Assembly (NCBI GenBank): GCA_024653875.1
Contig: JANLHE010000192.1
Location: forward strand, 565-64,564
DNA from: Acidobacteriota bacterium
GTDB lineage: Bacteria > Acidobacteriota > Vicinamibacteria > Vicinamibacterales > SCN-69-37
Length of the DNA stretch: 64,000 nt
Direction of reading: 5' to 3'
Shown: one piece after another, positions 33,710-40,281 of the stretch
Layout: every line of letters begins with the position of its first letter
Numbering within the stretch: the first letter of the stretch is position 1
Position numbers and translations under genes: made by a program
The notes under the pieces: model-generated
Seen by the model: only the letters and a program-made list of their open reading frames with translations
What the model was told of the DNA's origin: nothing
The model's database searches: none

Positions 33710-33777
33710 CCCACCGACCGAGAGGGGCGACTCTCCTCCCCACAGCTTAAGCTGGGGGTTTCCGTGTCGTCCATGCG

Positions 33778-34185
33778 ATGAGAATCCACGCGCAGCGACG
33801 GTCGCACGACTGCGGCGTGGCGGCATTGGCGTCGTTCATCGGGACTGCCTACGAGGACGCCTATGTGGCAGCAGCAGCGGCGTCTCCGCGCTTCCTGCAA
33901 CGGCAAGGGTTGACCATCAAGGAACTGCTGCGAATGTCAGCGGCCTTCGGGCGGCCCTTGGTGCAGCTCCATTGGCGCAAGGTGGACGTGGATGAGCATG
34001 TCGGGATTCTCGGGGTGAACTGGCACAAGTCCCAATGGAAGCGGCACGGGGCCACGGGGCATTGGGTGATTCTGCGGGCCGGCACCATCATCGATCCTTC
34101 GGGGCCGTCGTTTGACGACGCCACCGACTACCTGGTGACAAACAAGGGCCGCGTGGGGACGCTGCTCATGGAGGCCATGCGATGA
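33778..34185 (+). CDS. Papain-like cysteine peptidase, C39-like
   Basis: Track ORF. HDCGVAALASFIG gives the Cys context and GATGHWVIL the His context, as in C39-type peptidase domains. Confidence 0.45.
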   Translation: MRIHAQRRSHDCGVAALASFIGTAYEDAYVAAAAASPRFLQRQGLTIKELLRMSAAFGRPLVQLHWRKVDVDEHVGILGVNWHKSQWKRHGATGHWVILRAGTIIDPSGPSFDDATDYLVTNKGRVGTLLMEAMR

Positions 34186-34382
34186 AGGCAAAGGAATATC
34201 CAGCACTGGTAGACGCGCTCGACAGCGGCATCTTGTTTGGCCTCTCGCGGGCCGACAAACACGCCTCGGACCCGCTGACAGAAGCCCAGCGCGACCGCGT
34301 GGCGGAACACGTCAACCGCGAAGTGCTGAATGCGATCTGCGAACGGTTCGACTTTGAGGATCAGCACGACGAAACCCCCTGA
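34182..34382 (+). CDS. Hypothetical 66-aa acidic protein
   Basis: ATGA overlap with the upstream gene. Followed by a hairpin terminator candidate. Confidence 0.4.
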   Translation: MKAKEYPALVDALDSGILFGLSRADKHASDPLTEAQRDRVAEHVNREVLNAICERFDFEDQHDETP

Positions 34383-34397
34383 GACGGGGGGCTTTGT
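34375..34397 (+). terminator. Candidate intrinsic terminator
   Basis: CCCCC-TGAGAC-GGGGG(G) stem-loop spanning the stop codon, followed by CTTTGTG (a weak U-tract). Confidence 0.4.
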
Positions 34398-34541
34398 GAT
34401 ACAGCCGGCGGTATCACTCGTGCGACGTGATAGGGCCGACGATATCAATGTCACGTTTGTGGACGGAAAAACATAGCAGTTTTTGCGTCAAGTCTGACAC
34501 GAATAATACCCACTTTTTGTGTCAGGAGTTTAGGATTCTCG

Positions 34542-34564
34542 CCTGTTCATTATTAATGAACAGG
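34542..34564. promoter_or_regulatory. Perfect 11-bp inverted repeat CCTGTTCATTA-T-TAATGAACAGG (operator-like)
   Basis: Read directly. It lies in the 336-nt lower-GC non-coding island (34383-34718) and is flanked by the direct repeat CACGTTTGTGG (34452, 34567). Confidence 0.6.
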
Positions 34565-34718
34565 GCCACGTTTGTGGGGTGATTCGGGCCGCCCAACGCG
34601 CCGTATGAGTGCGGGGCCGCTCTGCCTGGGTAATACCGGGCACACCCCATTCCCGATGATTGACGCAGCACGATTCCCGATTACAGGGTTTGTAATACCG
34701 ACTACGGAGAGTGACGTA

Positions 34719-35027
34719 ATGGCAGCGAGCGAAGGCGATCCGGGATTCCTCAAGGCGCTTGATGAACTGAGGGAACTCCATAAAAGCAAGGGCGGCGACT
34801 ATGCCGATAAGGCAGACCCGCTGCGCAATTACGCCGTGAGCGCCACGGACAACGGCCTCCCCGCATGGCGGGCGGCACAGGTGCGTCTGAGCGAGAAGTA
34901 CCACCGCTTGGTGAACCTGACCCTAGACGGCCGCGCGCCCAATCACGAAAGCGTGGACGACACGCTCATGGACCTGGCCGCGCTGGCGCTGATCGTGCGG
35001 TCGCTGCGGACGCGAGAATCCCGCTAA
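34719..35027 (+). CDS. All-alpha DUF1599/MazG-like protein (102 aa)
   Basis: GGAGA SD 8 nt before the ATG at 34719, in frame with track ORF 34572..35027. The pattern LHKSKGGDYA...DPLRNY...VRLSEKYHRLVNL...NHESVDDTLMDLAALALI matches this family as I recall it. Confidence 0.4.
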   Translation: MAASEGDPGFLKALDELRELHKSKGGDYADKADPLRNYAVSATDNGLPAWRAAQVRLSEKYHRLVNLTLDGRAPNHESVDDTLMDLAALALIVRSLRTRESR

Positions 35028-35252
35028 CGTCCGATTGGCGGGGCGCTAGGGCTGCTACCGTGCCATTGGTGACACTGTGTGAACTATTCGGAATTGCCGA
35101 AGGGTTGCCCGCGCGAGATTGGGATCGTAGTCCTGCTACGATACAGGTGGTTCGTCTAAACCTTAAGGAGTCCGCGTGTCCTAAACTGGAGTCCTCGGCT
35201 GTAACTGACTGTTAACACATGGCTTCTGGTGAGGCCTCTCGCTTCACACGGC

Positions 35253-35287
35253 GGTGGTCGCAGGTTCGAGTCCTGCAGCGCCCACCA
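35253..35287 (+). other. tRNA 3'-end fragment (T-arm, acceptor 3' strand and ACCA) = probable attP core
   Basis: GCAGG-TTCGAGT-CCTGC-AGCGCCC-A-CCA. No D-arm or anticodon arm lies upstream. It sits 140 nt from the integrase stop, and direct repeats (CTAAAC..GGAGTCC x2, 35156-35194) lie upstream. Confidence 0.55.
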
Positions 35288-35427
35288 ACCAATCACTCCA
35301 ATTCACTCAATAAATAAGGTGATTCCGCTCGGCGGCGTCGCGTCGTGTGCGTGTGAAATCGTTTTGTAACGCTTTCGCATGTCTCATAATTGCTCAATGT
35401 TTCTCATTGTGTGCCGGACCGGTCGTC

Positions 35428-36663
35428 CTAAAATGTCGTCCTCGTGCGGTGCCGCCGGCGCGCCAAGCACGCGGCACAGTGGCGATACTTGGCCTGCGCC
35501 GTGATCGGGACCCGGCAACTCGCGCGCCAGCACTGGCCTGGAGACCACGGAACCCCGGCGCGCTGGGCCGGCAGGACTGGGCCGGCGGCGGCCGGCGCCG
35601 CGGGGAAGGTCTGCCCGAGGCGCGCGCCTTTCTGCTCGAGCGCACGTTGCATGGCGCGCATGACGTACCGCTCGGTCGTCTGGCGGTTCCCGTGGCGCAT
35701 CAGGGCCTTCGCCAGGTCGAGATCGTCGGTGAGGTCGAAGACAACCGTGCCGAAGGAGTGGCGCAGGTCGTAGGGCCGCACAGGGGCCGTCACGCCGGCG
35801 CGGCGCGCGGCCAGCGTGAAGGACTTGTAGAGCGAGGACCGACTGAACGGCCCCCAACACTTCAAGCGGGCGAACTCGCGGAAGGCGTCCACGGCGGCCG
35901 GCATCAAGGGCAGCACGCCGCCAGGCACCCCGGCGCCCTTCTGCCGCCGCGGGAGGCGAATCAGACCCCGCTCGAGGTCCACGTCAGCCGACGTCAAGTG
36001 GACCAACTGGGCGGGCGGCAGGCCGGAGTAGGCCAGGACCCGGACCCGCGCCTTGGTTTGGGATCCGCGCGGCCGCGTCTGCCCGTGCACAGGGCGTCCC
36101 ACGTCGGGCATGTGCGCGATAATGCGCTCGATCGTGGGGTAGTCCAGGTCCCGGGCGACCGGGTCGGGCTCGCGGATTTCATCGACATCCCGCACCGGAT
36201 TGGGCGCCCGCTTGCCGTCGAGGACGGTCCAGAGGTTGCTGAGGGCCCGCAGCCGCTTGTTGATGGTGCCGGGGCCAACCGGCCGGGGATCGTGGGCACT
36301 CCGAGGGGCGATCGCCCAGCGGTCCCGTGCCTCGCGGATATCGATCGGCCGAATGGCGTCCCGCGGCCGCGTGCCGAAGAGGGCAATCCATCGGGTGATG
36401 TCGGCCACGCGCTGGGCGTACGTAGGCATCGTTTGGACCGCGCGCAGGTAGCGCCGGGCGTCGCCTTCGAATGTGCCCTGGTTGGCCCGTTGCTTCCGCG
36501 TGATCCGCAGGTGCGCCTGTTGATCCGCGCGCCAGGCGACCATGACGGACATGGGCGTGTGCAGTGGAAAGGTCTGTTTGAAAGGCGTGAGTCCACGGCC
36601 TCGAGAGACGACGGCCCGCCAGCCAGCGCCGTACCGGTAGATGCCGCGGGCGCCTGTGGGCAT
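35428..36663 (-). CDS. int: Tyrosine recombinase / phage integrase
   Basis: Track ORF. Contains YDLRHSFGT (the xxLR box) and HGNRQTTERYV (His plus the catalytic Tyr context). Has an N-terminal SAM-like region and lies next to the tRNA fragment. Confidence 0.85.
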   Translation of the reverse strand: MPTGARGIYRYGAGWRAVVSRGRGLTPFKQTFPLHTPMSVMVAWRADQQAHLRITRKQRANQGTFEGDARRYLRAVQTMPTYAQRVADITRWIALFGTRPRDAIRPIDIREARDRWAIAPRSAHDPRPVGPGTINKRLRALSNLWTVLDGKRAPNPVRDVDEIREPDPVARDLDYPTIERIIAHMPDVGRPVHGQTRPRGSQTKARVRVLAYSGLPPAQLVHLTSADVDLERGLIRLPRRQKGAGVPGGVLPLMPAAVDAFREFARLKCWGPFSRSSLYKSFTLAARRAGVTAPVRPYDLRHSFGTVVFDLTDDLDLAKALMRHGNRQTTERYVMRAMQRALEQKGARLGQTFPAAPAAAGPVLPAQRAGVPWSPGQCWRASCRVPITAQAKYRHCAACLARRRHRTRTTF

Positions 36664-37187
36664 TACTTCGTCATCGTGAACGTGTGGTTCACCGTCACAA
36701 TGCCTAAGCCATTTGTGCGCTCATCCCGTCGGAACACGTTCCAGCTTTCGCCGACGGTCCCGGTCATGGCGGACCCGTTGACCGTCGCGGTCACGCTCCG
36801 CGCGAAGAGGATTACGTCGCGCTGTTGGCCATTGCAGGTGGCCTGGTAGCCGCCCGGTTCACACGTGGCGACATTGAGACTGATCGTGCCGTCGCCCGCC
36901 GTGCCGGTGTAGGTGCAGCTTTGCCCGGTGTTTTGTGACCCAGCCGTCGCGGCCAAGGTGGCGCCCGTCTGCGTGAGGGCCAGGGTGTAGCGGTCCGATC
37001 CCCCGTTGGACTGCTGGAACAACGCCAAGCACTCGCCGCCGGTGACGCTCACCTGCGTGACGTTGCCCGTCCAGACGCCTGCGACCTGCGAGATGGTCGG
37101 CGTGGGCGCCGCAGGGCTGCCGCCACCACCGCACCCGAGGGCCGCAGGGAACACGACGAGGAGAAGCGCGATCGTGCGTTTCATCAT
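36663..37187 (-). CDS. Lipoprotein (174 aa), lysogeny-module moron (possible superinfection exclusion)
   Basis: MMKRTIALLLVVFPAALGCGGGG gives a signal peptide plus lipobox Cys. AAGGAG SD. Its stop overlaps the int start (TAATG). Confidence 0.6.
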   Translation of the reverse strand: MMKRTIALLLVVFPAALGCGGGGSPAAPTPTISQVAGVWTGNVTQVSVTGGECLALFQQSNGGSDRYTLALTQTGATLAATAGSQNTGQSCTYTGTAGDGTISLNVATCEPGGYQATCNGQQRDVILFARSVTATVNGSAMTGTVGESWNVFRRDERTNGLGIVTVNHTFTMTK

Positions 37188-37279
37188 CCAGTCTCCTTTA
37201 AAAACTGATCCAGTAAGCGATTCACGATTTCAGCCAAGACGCTGTTCCTCTGCGTGAGGGCCTCGAGCTTCGCGTGCAT
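37184..37279 (-). CDS. Doubtful 31-aa ORF (MHAKLEALTQRNSVLAEIVNRLLDQFLKETG) overlapping the repressor 3' end
   Basis: Its stop overlaps the lipoprotein ATG (ATGA). GC3 switches in favour of this frame near 37280. Alternatively this reflects a frame change in the repressor gene. Confidence 0.2.
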   Translation of the reverse strand: MHAKLEALTQRNSVLAEIVNRLLDQFLKETG

Positions 37280-37880
37280 GGCTTTCGATGAGGAGGCCGA
37301 GTTGGATGCAGGCTTCCCGTAGCACGCGAACGTCGTGTTCGAGGGTGGTAATTCTGTCGGCGTCGGAACGAGTCTGATCGTGCGATGGCTCACCGTTGGC
37401 GCCCTCCTGGATATTGCGCGCAAGGGAGGCCACCGGTGCAAGGGTTGATCTGTCTGCTGGGGAGGTGCCATAGGGGTGCCCGTCCTGGGTGTCGTCGTGC
37501 GGTGACGTGGACGACAAAGCAGACAGCATGACTGTGACAGCCGCAGTCGCACGTGCCTCGACCTGATGTTGCACGTGGGCGTGATAGTCCGGATATGCCC
37601 GGATCAAGATGTCATCGACCGTTACGCGCAACGCGACGGCCACCGCCATCAGGTTGGGAAGCGCGAGGGCGCCGCGCCGGTCGTTTTCCCAGTCACTGAT
37701 GATCTGCGATTTCCGGCCCAACGCCTTTGCCAGTTTCACTTGCGTGGGGAAGCCTGCCTCTTTCCGCAGTTCAGCGATGACCTCCCCTAGCGTCGGCACC
37801 CCCAGAGGATAGGTCTTGGAAAAAAAAGTCGCAAGGGCGTAAATGCTTGATTCGCTAGAGGTTACGTGCGTTGCCTTCAT
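37230..37880 (-). CDS. CI-like repressor, XRE-family HTH (no S24 peptidase domain seen)
   Basis: HTH segment TQVKLAKALGRKSQIISDWENDRR. Transcribed divergently from a Cro-like gene across a 71-bp operator region. Confidence 0.7.
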   Translation of the reverse strand: MKATHVTSSESSIYALATFFSKTYPLGVPTLGEVIAELRKEAGFPTQVKLAKALGRKSQIISDWENDRRGALALPNLMAVAVALRVTVDDILIRAYPDYHAHVQHQVEARATAAVTVMLSALSSTSPHDDTQDGHPYGTSPADRSTLAPVASLARNIQEGANGEPSHDQTRSDADRITTLEHDVRVLREACIQLGLLIESHAREARGPHAEEQRLG

Positions 37881-37909
37881 GGGCGCCCCAAAGGTGACTG
37901 AAAAAGACG

Positions 37910-37938
37910 TTGACGCATAACGTGATAGCGCGTATAAC
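37910..37938 (+). promoter_or_regulatory. Promoter for the cro-like operon: TTGACG-N17-TATAAC, with flanking operator repeats
   Basis: TTGACG at 37910-37915 and TATAAC at 37933-37938. AAAAGACGTT is repeated at 37902 and 37942. Inverted repeat ACGTT-N7-AACGT at 37907-37923. Confidence 0.55.
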
Positions 37939-37951
37939 AGGAAAAGACGTT

Positions 37952-38218
37952 ATGCCCCTCACTCGAAAACAACTTCAAGCCCTGCGCGCCACGGTGCCGG
38001 CCACCGGCAACCGGGTCCGCCTGGCCCGCAAGCTGATGGGCTGGACCCAGGTGGAACTGGCCGCGGCCGCGGGGTTGCAGCAGCCCTACGTTTCGGCGGT
38101 GGAGCGGGGGCGGTATTCCGTGGAGGTCCGTAACGCGTGGCCGCTGGCGGTCGTCTTCGGCTGTTCCATTGAAGACCTCTTTTGCCCCGATGGCGTGAAG
38201 GCCAAGGTCGCGTCATGA
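37952..38218 (+). CDS. Cro-like XRE-family HTH regulator (88 aa)
   Basis: ATG at 37952, in frame with track ORF 37910..38218. HTH segment WTQVELAAAAGLQQPYVSAVERGR. AGGA SD-like sequence upstream. Confidence 0.7.
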   Translation: MPLTRKQLQALRATVPATGNRVRLARKLMGWTQVELAAAAGLQQPYVSAVERGRYSVEVRNAWPLAVVFGCSIEDLFCPDGVKAKVAS

Positions 38219-38349
38219 GGGGCCTCCTGCAGCGCGGCCAGGGCCTTGCGCAGTTCTGTCGCGCAGCGGTCGCGCTCGGCCAGCGCCTCGAGCAGGTCGG
38301 CCTGCGCCAGCGAGACGCGACGGGCGGCGATGAGTGTGTTCGTCAACAT
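38086..38349 (-). CDS. Doubtful antisense coiled-coil ORF (87 aa) overlapping the cro 3' end
   Basis: In 38215-38349 the minus frame has higher GC3 than the co-phased + frame and reads as a helix (MLTNTLIAARRVSLAQADLLEALAERDRCATELRKALAALQE). However, it would overlap cro by 133 nt. Confidence 0.2.
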   Translation of the reverse strand: MLTNTLIAARRVSLAQADLLEALAERDRCATELRKALAALQEAPHDATLAFTPSGQKRSSMEQPKTTASGHALRTSTEYRPRSTAET

Positions 38350-38411
38350 GGCGCCAGTTTCGAACGGCCGGCGCTGTCCATTCCAGTCCATTCCCTGATC
38401 GGAGGTTGACG

Positions 38412-38786
38412 GTGATCTGCTTCCTTGGCGCGTCACAGCGGGCTCCGATGGATGCCGAGTGCATTGCCATGATCGAACTGGCGCTGCTGCGGGCGGGGTA
38501 TTCCAAGAAAGCGGCGGCGGCCGATGTTGGGAAGGACCCGTCGCAGTTCGCGCGGGACCTAGGCGGCGGGCTGTTGCGCTTGCGGGACTTGATCCGGCTG
38601 CGGTCGGAGTTCTGGACGGAGTTCGTGCCGCTGTTGGGCACCCGCTACGGGCTGCAGGTCACCAGCGAGGATGCGGCCACGCGCGCCATGACGGACCTGT
38701 GCGATCTCATGGGCCGGCTGGCGCGGCAGATGCGGCCCGTGTCGATGTCGCTTCCTGTTTCAACCAGAAAGGACCGTGTGTCATGA
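38412..38786 (+). CDS. Putative DNA-binding regulator in CII position
   Basis: GGAGG SD 6 nt before the GTG at 38412 (alternative ATG at 38448). HTH-like segment AGYSKKAAAADVGKDPSQFARDL. Confidence 0.4.
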   Translation: MICFLGASQRAPMDAECIAMIELALLRAGYSKKAAAADVGKDPSQFARDLGGGLLRLRDLIRLRSEFWTEFVPLLGTRYGLQVTSEDAATRAMTDLCDLMGRLARQMRPVSMSLPVSTRKDRVS

Positions 38787-38971
38787 CCGTTGTGTTCGCG
38801 CAAGTGTTCGCGCCCGTCATGTCCCCCTGCTGGCAATACGCCTGGTCGGACTGGGAGTTCTGGTTCTACTCCTGCTGGATGTTCAACTACGACCTCGCCA
38901 TTGGACTCGTGATGGCCGGCATGGTCGGCGCGTCCCTGTGGGCGGCGCGCGGTGGGTCAAAGGCCGCCTGA
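38783..38971 (+). CDS. Small hydrophobic Trp-rich protein (62 aa)
   Basis: ATGA overlap start, in frame with track ORF 38459..38971. Confidence 0.35.
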   Translation: MTVVFAQVFAPVMSPCWQYAWSDWEFWFYSCWMFNYDLAIGLVMAGMVGASLWAARGGSKAA

Positions 38972-39210
38972 TGTCCTGGCCCTGTCACGAGCCGTTCCCT
39001 AAGGCCATGACGCCGCAGGACCTGATGCGCGCGCTCACGATCAGCCGCGCGACCTACCAGCGCCGGGCGGTCGCTGGGGACTTTGACCGGTTCAAGGTGG
39101 CCACGCCCATCGGCGCCGCGATGTATTCGGGCGCCAAGGTGCAGCAGTGGATCGACGGGGTGCGCGTTCCGGTGACGCGCCACTTCGGCGCCGCACGGAG
39201 GTCCGCATGA
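38971..39210 (+). CDS. Excisionase/AlpA-like HTH protein (79 aa)
   Basis: TGATG overlap start. MTPQDLMRALTISRATYQRRAVAGDF...VQQWIDG resembles MerR-type excisionase HTH proteins. Confidence 0.45.
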   Translation: MSWPCHEPFPKAMTPQDLMRALTISRATYQRRAVAGDFDRFKVATPIGAAMYSGAKVQQWIDGVRVPVTRHFGAARRSA

Positions 39211-39428
39211 CGGCCTTCGCGTGGTGGCTCGGCATGGTGGTGGTCGAGTTCGGCCTGTGCATGGTGGCCGCGTTAGTGGCGAGCGCGTGGGGCTACCCGG
39301 AGGCGGCTGAGGCTTTCGTGCGCGCCGCTGTGGCGATTGCAGGAATTGGCGTGGCGTCCTGTGTGGCGCTGGCCGTGTTCGTGCTGTGGGTTCGTGTCCG
39401 GCACTCTGAAGGGCAGGCGTCGTCGTGA
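39207..39428 (+). CDS. Small membrane protein (73 aa, 2 TM)
   Basis: ATGA overlap start, followed by two long hydrophobic helices. Confidence 0.4.
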   Translation: MTAFAWWLGMVVVEFGLCMVAALVASAWGYPEAAEAFVRAAVAIAGIGVASCVALAVFVLWVRVRHSEGQASS

Positions 39429-39877
39429 ACATCGCCCATGTGGAAGCCATCGCACTTCGCAAGGTTGGCGCACCTCTAAACTTCAAATGGTTTGCCTATG
39501 AGCGAATCGGCACCGATGCCATAAAGCTGACCGGGTGTGTGACCACTGAGGTCTATGCCAGCGGCCCGCGCAAGGGTCGTGCGAGATACGAGGGCGAGAA
39601 GGTTGTCGCCATCGTCACGGAGTCAGAGAAGCAGGCGGAGTGCGCCGCGTATGAAGCCGCCACGGGTAATTGTGGGCGGTGCATGGGCGAAGGCAAAGAG
39701 GTCGCGCGGGTTTCTGTTAGCGACGGCATAACTTACCGGCCGTGTTTCACGTGTAGCGGCACTGGACAAAGTGCACAAGTTCGCGCTCGTGCGGGCGCTG
39801 GGCTCAGTGGTGACCAACGACTGAGAGCGGGCCAAACACCCGCGAGTCCGCACGGGCCGATTAACAGGAGGGCGTGA
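39425..39877 (+). CDS. Protein with DnaJ-type zinc-finger motifs (CxxCxGxG x2)
   Basis: GTGA overlap start. The motifs are CGRCMGEG and CFTCSGTG. Confidence 0.5.
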   Translation: MNIAHVEAIALRKVGAPLNFKWFAYERIGTDAIKLTGCVTTEVYASGPRKGRARYEGEKVVAIVTESEKQAECAAYEAATGNCGRCMGEGKEVARVSVSDGITYRPCFTCSGTGQSAQVRARAGAGLSGDQRLRAGQTPASPHGPINRRA

Positions 39878-40281
39878 TGGGTAGTTGCGATTCAATGGAC
39901 GAGGTGCGGTTCGCGAAGCGGTCTGTCCTATGGGTGATCCTCGTGCTGTTCGCCGTGTCAGTCGGCGGCTGGTTCCTGACACGAGCTGGGTCGATTGCGG
40001 ATACAGCAGTCGTCCGTTACGAGGAGTTCCAGGAAATCTATAACACCTGCCGGAAGATCGACACGGATCTCGCGACGGTGCGCGCCGTCCCGGAGGACGA
40101 CCGGATGTTCGCGGCCTTCTCGAAAGCGGCGATGGTCGCGCAGAAGAAGCAGCAGCTTTCGCGATGGGTGGAGGAATACAACGCCAAGAGCCGCATGTGG
40201 AATCGTGCGCTCTGGAAATCCGACGCGCTGCCGTATCAACTTAACGTCAACCAGTTCGCTAACTTCGGAGAGGTCAAATGA
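39874..40281 (+). CDS. N-terminally TM-anchored protein (135 aa)
   Basis: Track ORF with ATGA overlap. TM helix VLWVILVLFAVSVGGWFL. Confidence 0.45.
   Translation: MMGSCDSMDEVRFAKRSVLWVILVLFAVSVGGWFLTRAGSIADTAVVRYEEFQEIYNTCRKIDTDLATVRAVPEDDRMFAAFSKAAMVAQKKQQLSRWVEEYNAKSRMWNRALWKSDALPYQLNVNQFANFGEVK

Larger units (their letters stand above)
32552..33777 (-). mobile_element. IS200/IS605-family tnpB-only element (no tnpA); boundaries approximate
   Basis: It exactly fills the gap between the metallophosphoesterase stop (32551) and the next + strand gene start (33778). It contains tnpB, its own promoter and a hairpin near each end. Confidence 0.5.

Noticed and set aside
32552-33777. Complete IS605/IS200 element with a tnpA transposase.
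   Set aside because: Only tnpB is present. The remaining roughly 100 nt on the 5' side and 33 nt on the 3' side cannot encode a Y1 transposase. The element is therefore non-autonomous or domesticated.
34572-34718. Longer version of the DUF1599-like gene, starting at the track coordinate 34572.
   Set aside because: The upstream 147 nt are full of DNA repeats (ATTCCCGAT x2, GTAATACCG x2) and lack coding bias. A GGAGA SD precedes the internal ATG at 34719, where the recognisable domain begins.
35041-35287. Possible tmRNA or intron-containing tRNA. GGGCGCT at 35041 pairs perfectly with the acceptor 3' strand at 35277-35283.
   Set aside because: There is no G3:U70 pair (it is G-C). There is no GGxUUCGAC D-loop-like element after the 5' strand. 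No tag reading frame ends in a typical ...LAA-type tag. No D-arm or anticodon arm could be drawn. The simpler reading is a tRNA 3' fragment serving as attP core plus a chance 7-mer, and this should still be checked with ARAGORN or tRNAscan-SE.
38215-38409. + strand ORF coupled to the cro stop by ATGA (MRGLLQRGQGLAQF...).
   Set aside because: The composition (Arg/Gly/Gln-rich) and lower GC3 than the co-phased minus frame suggest it is the shadow of the antisense frame or non-coding. It is kept only as an ambiguity in the findings.
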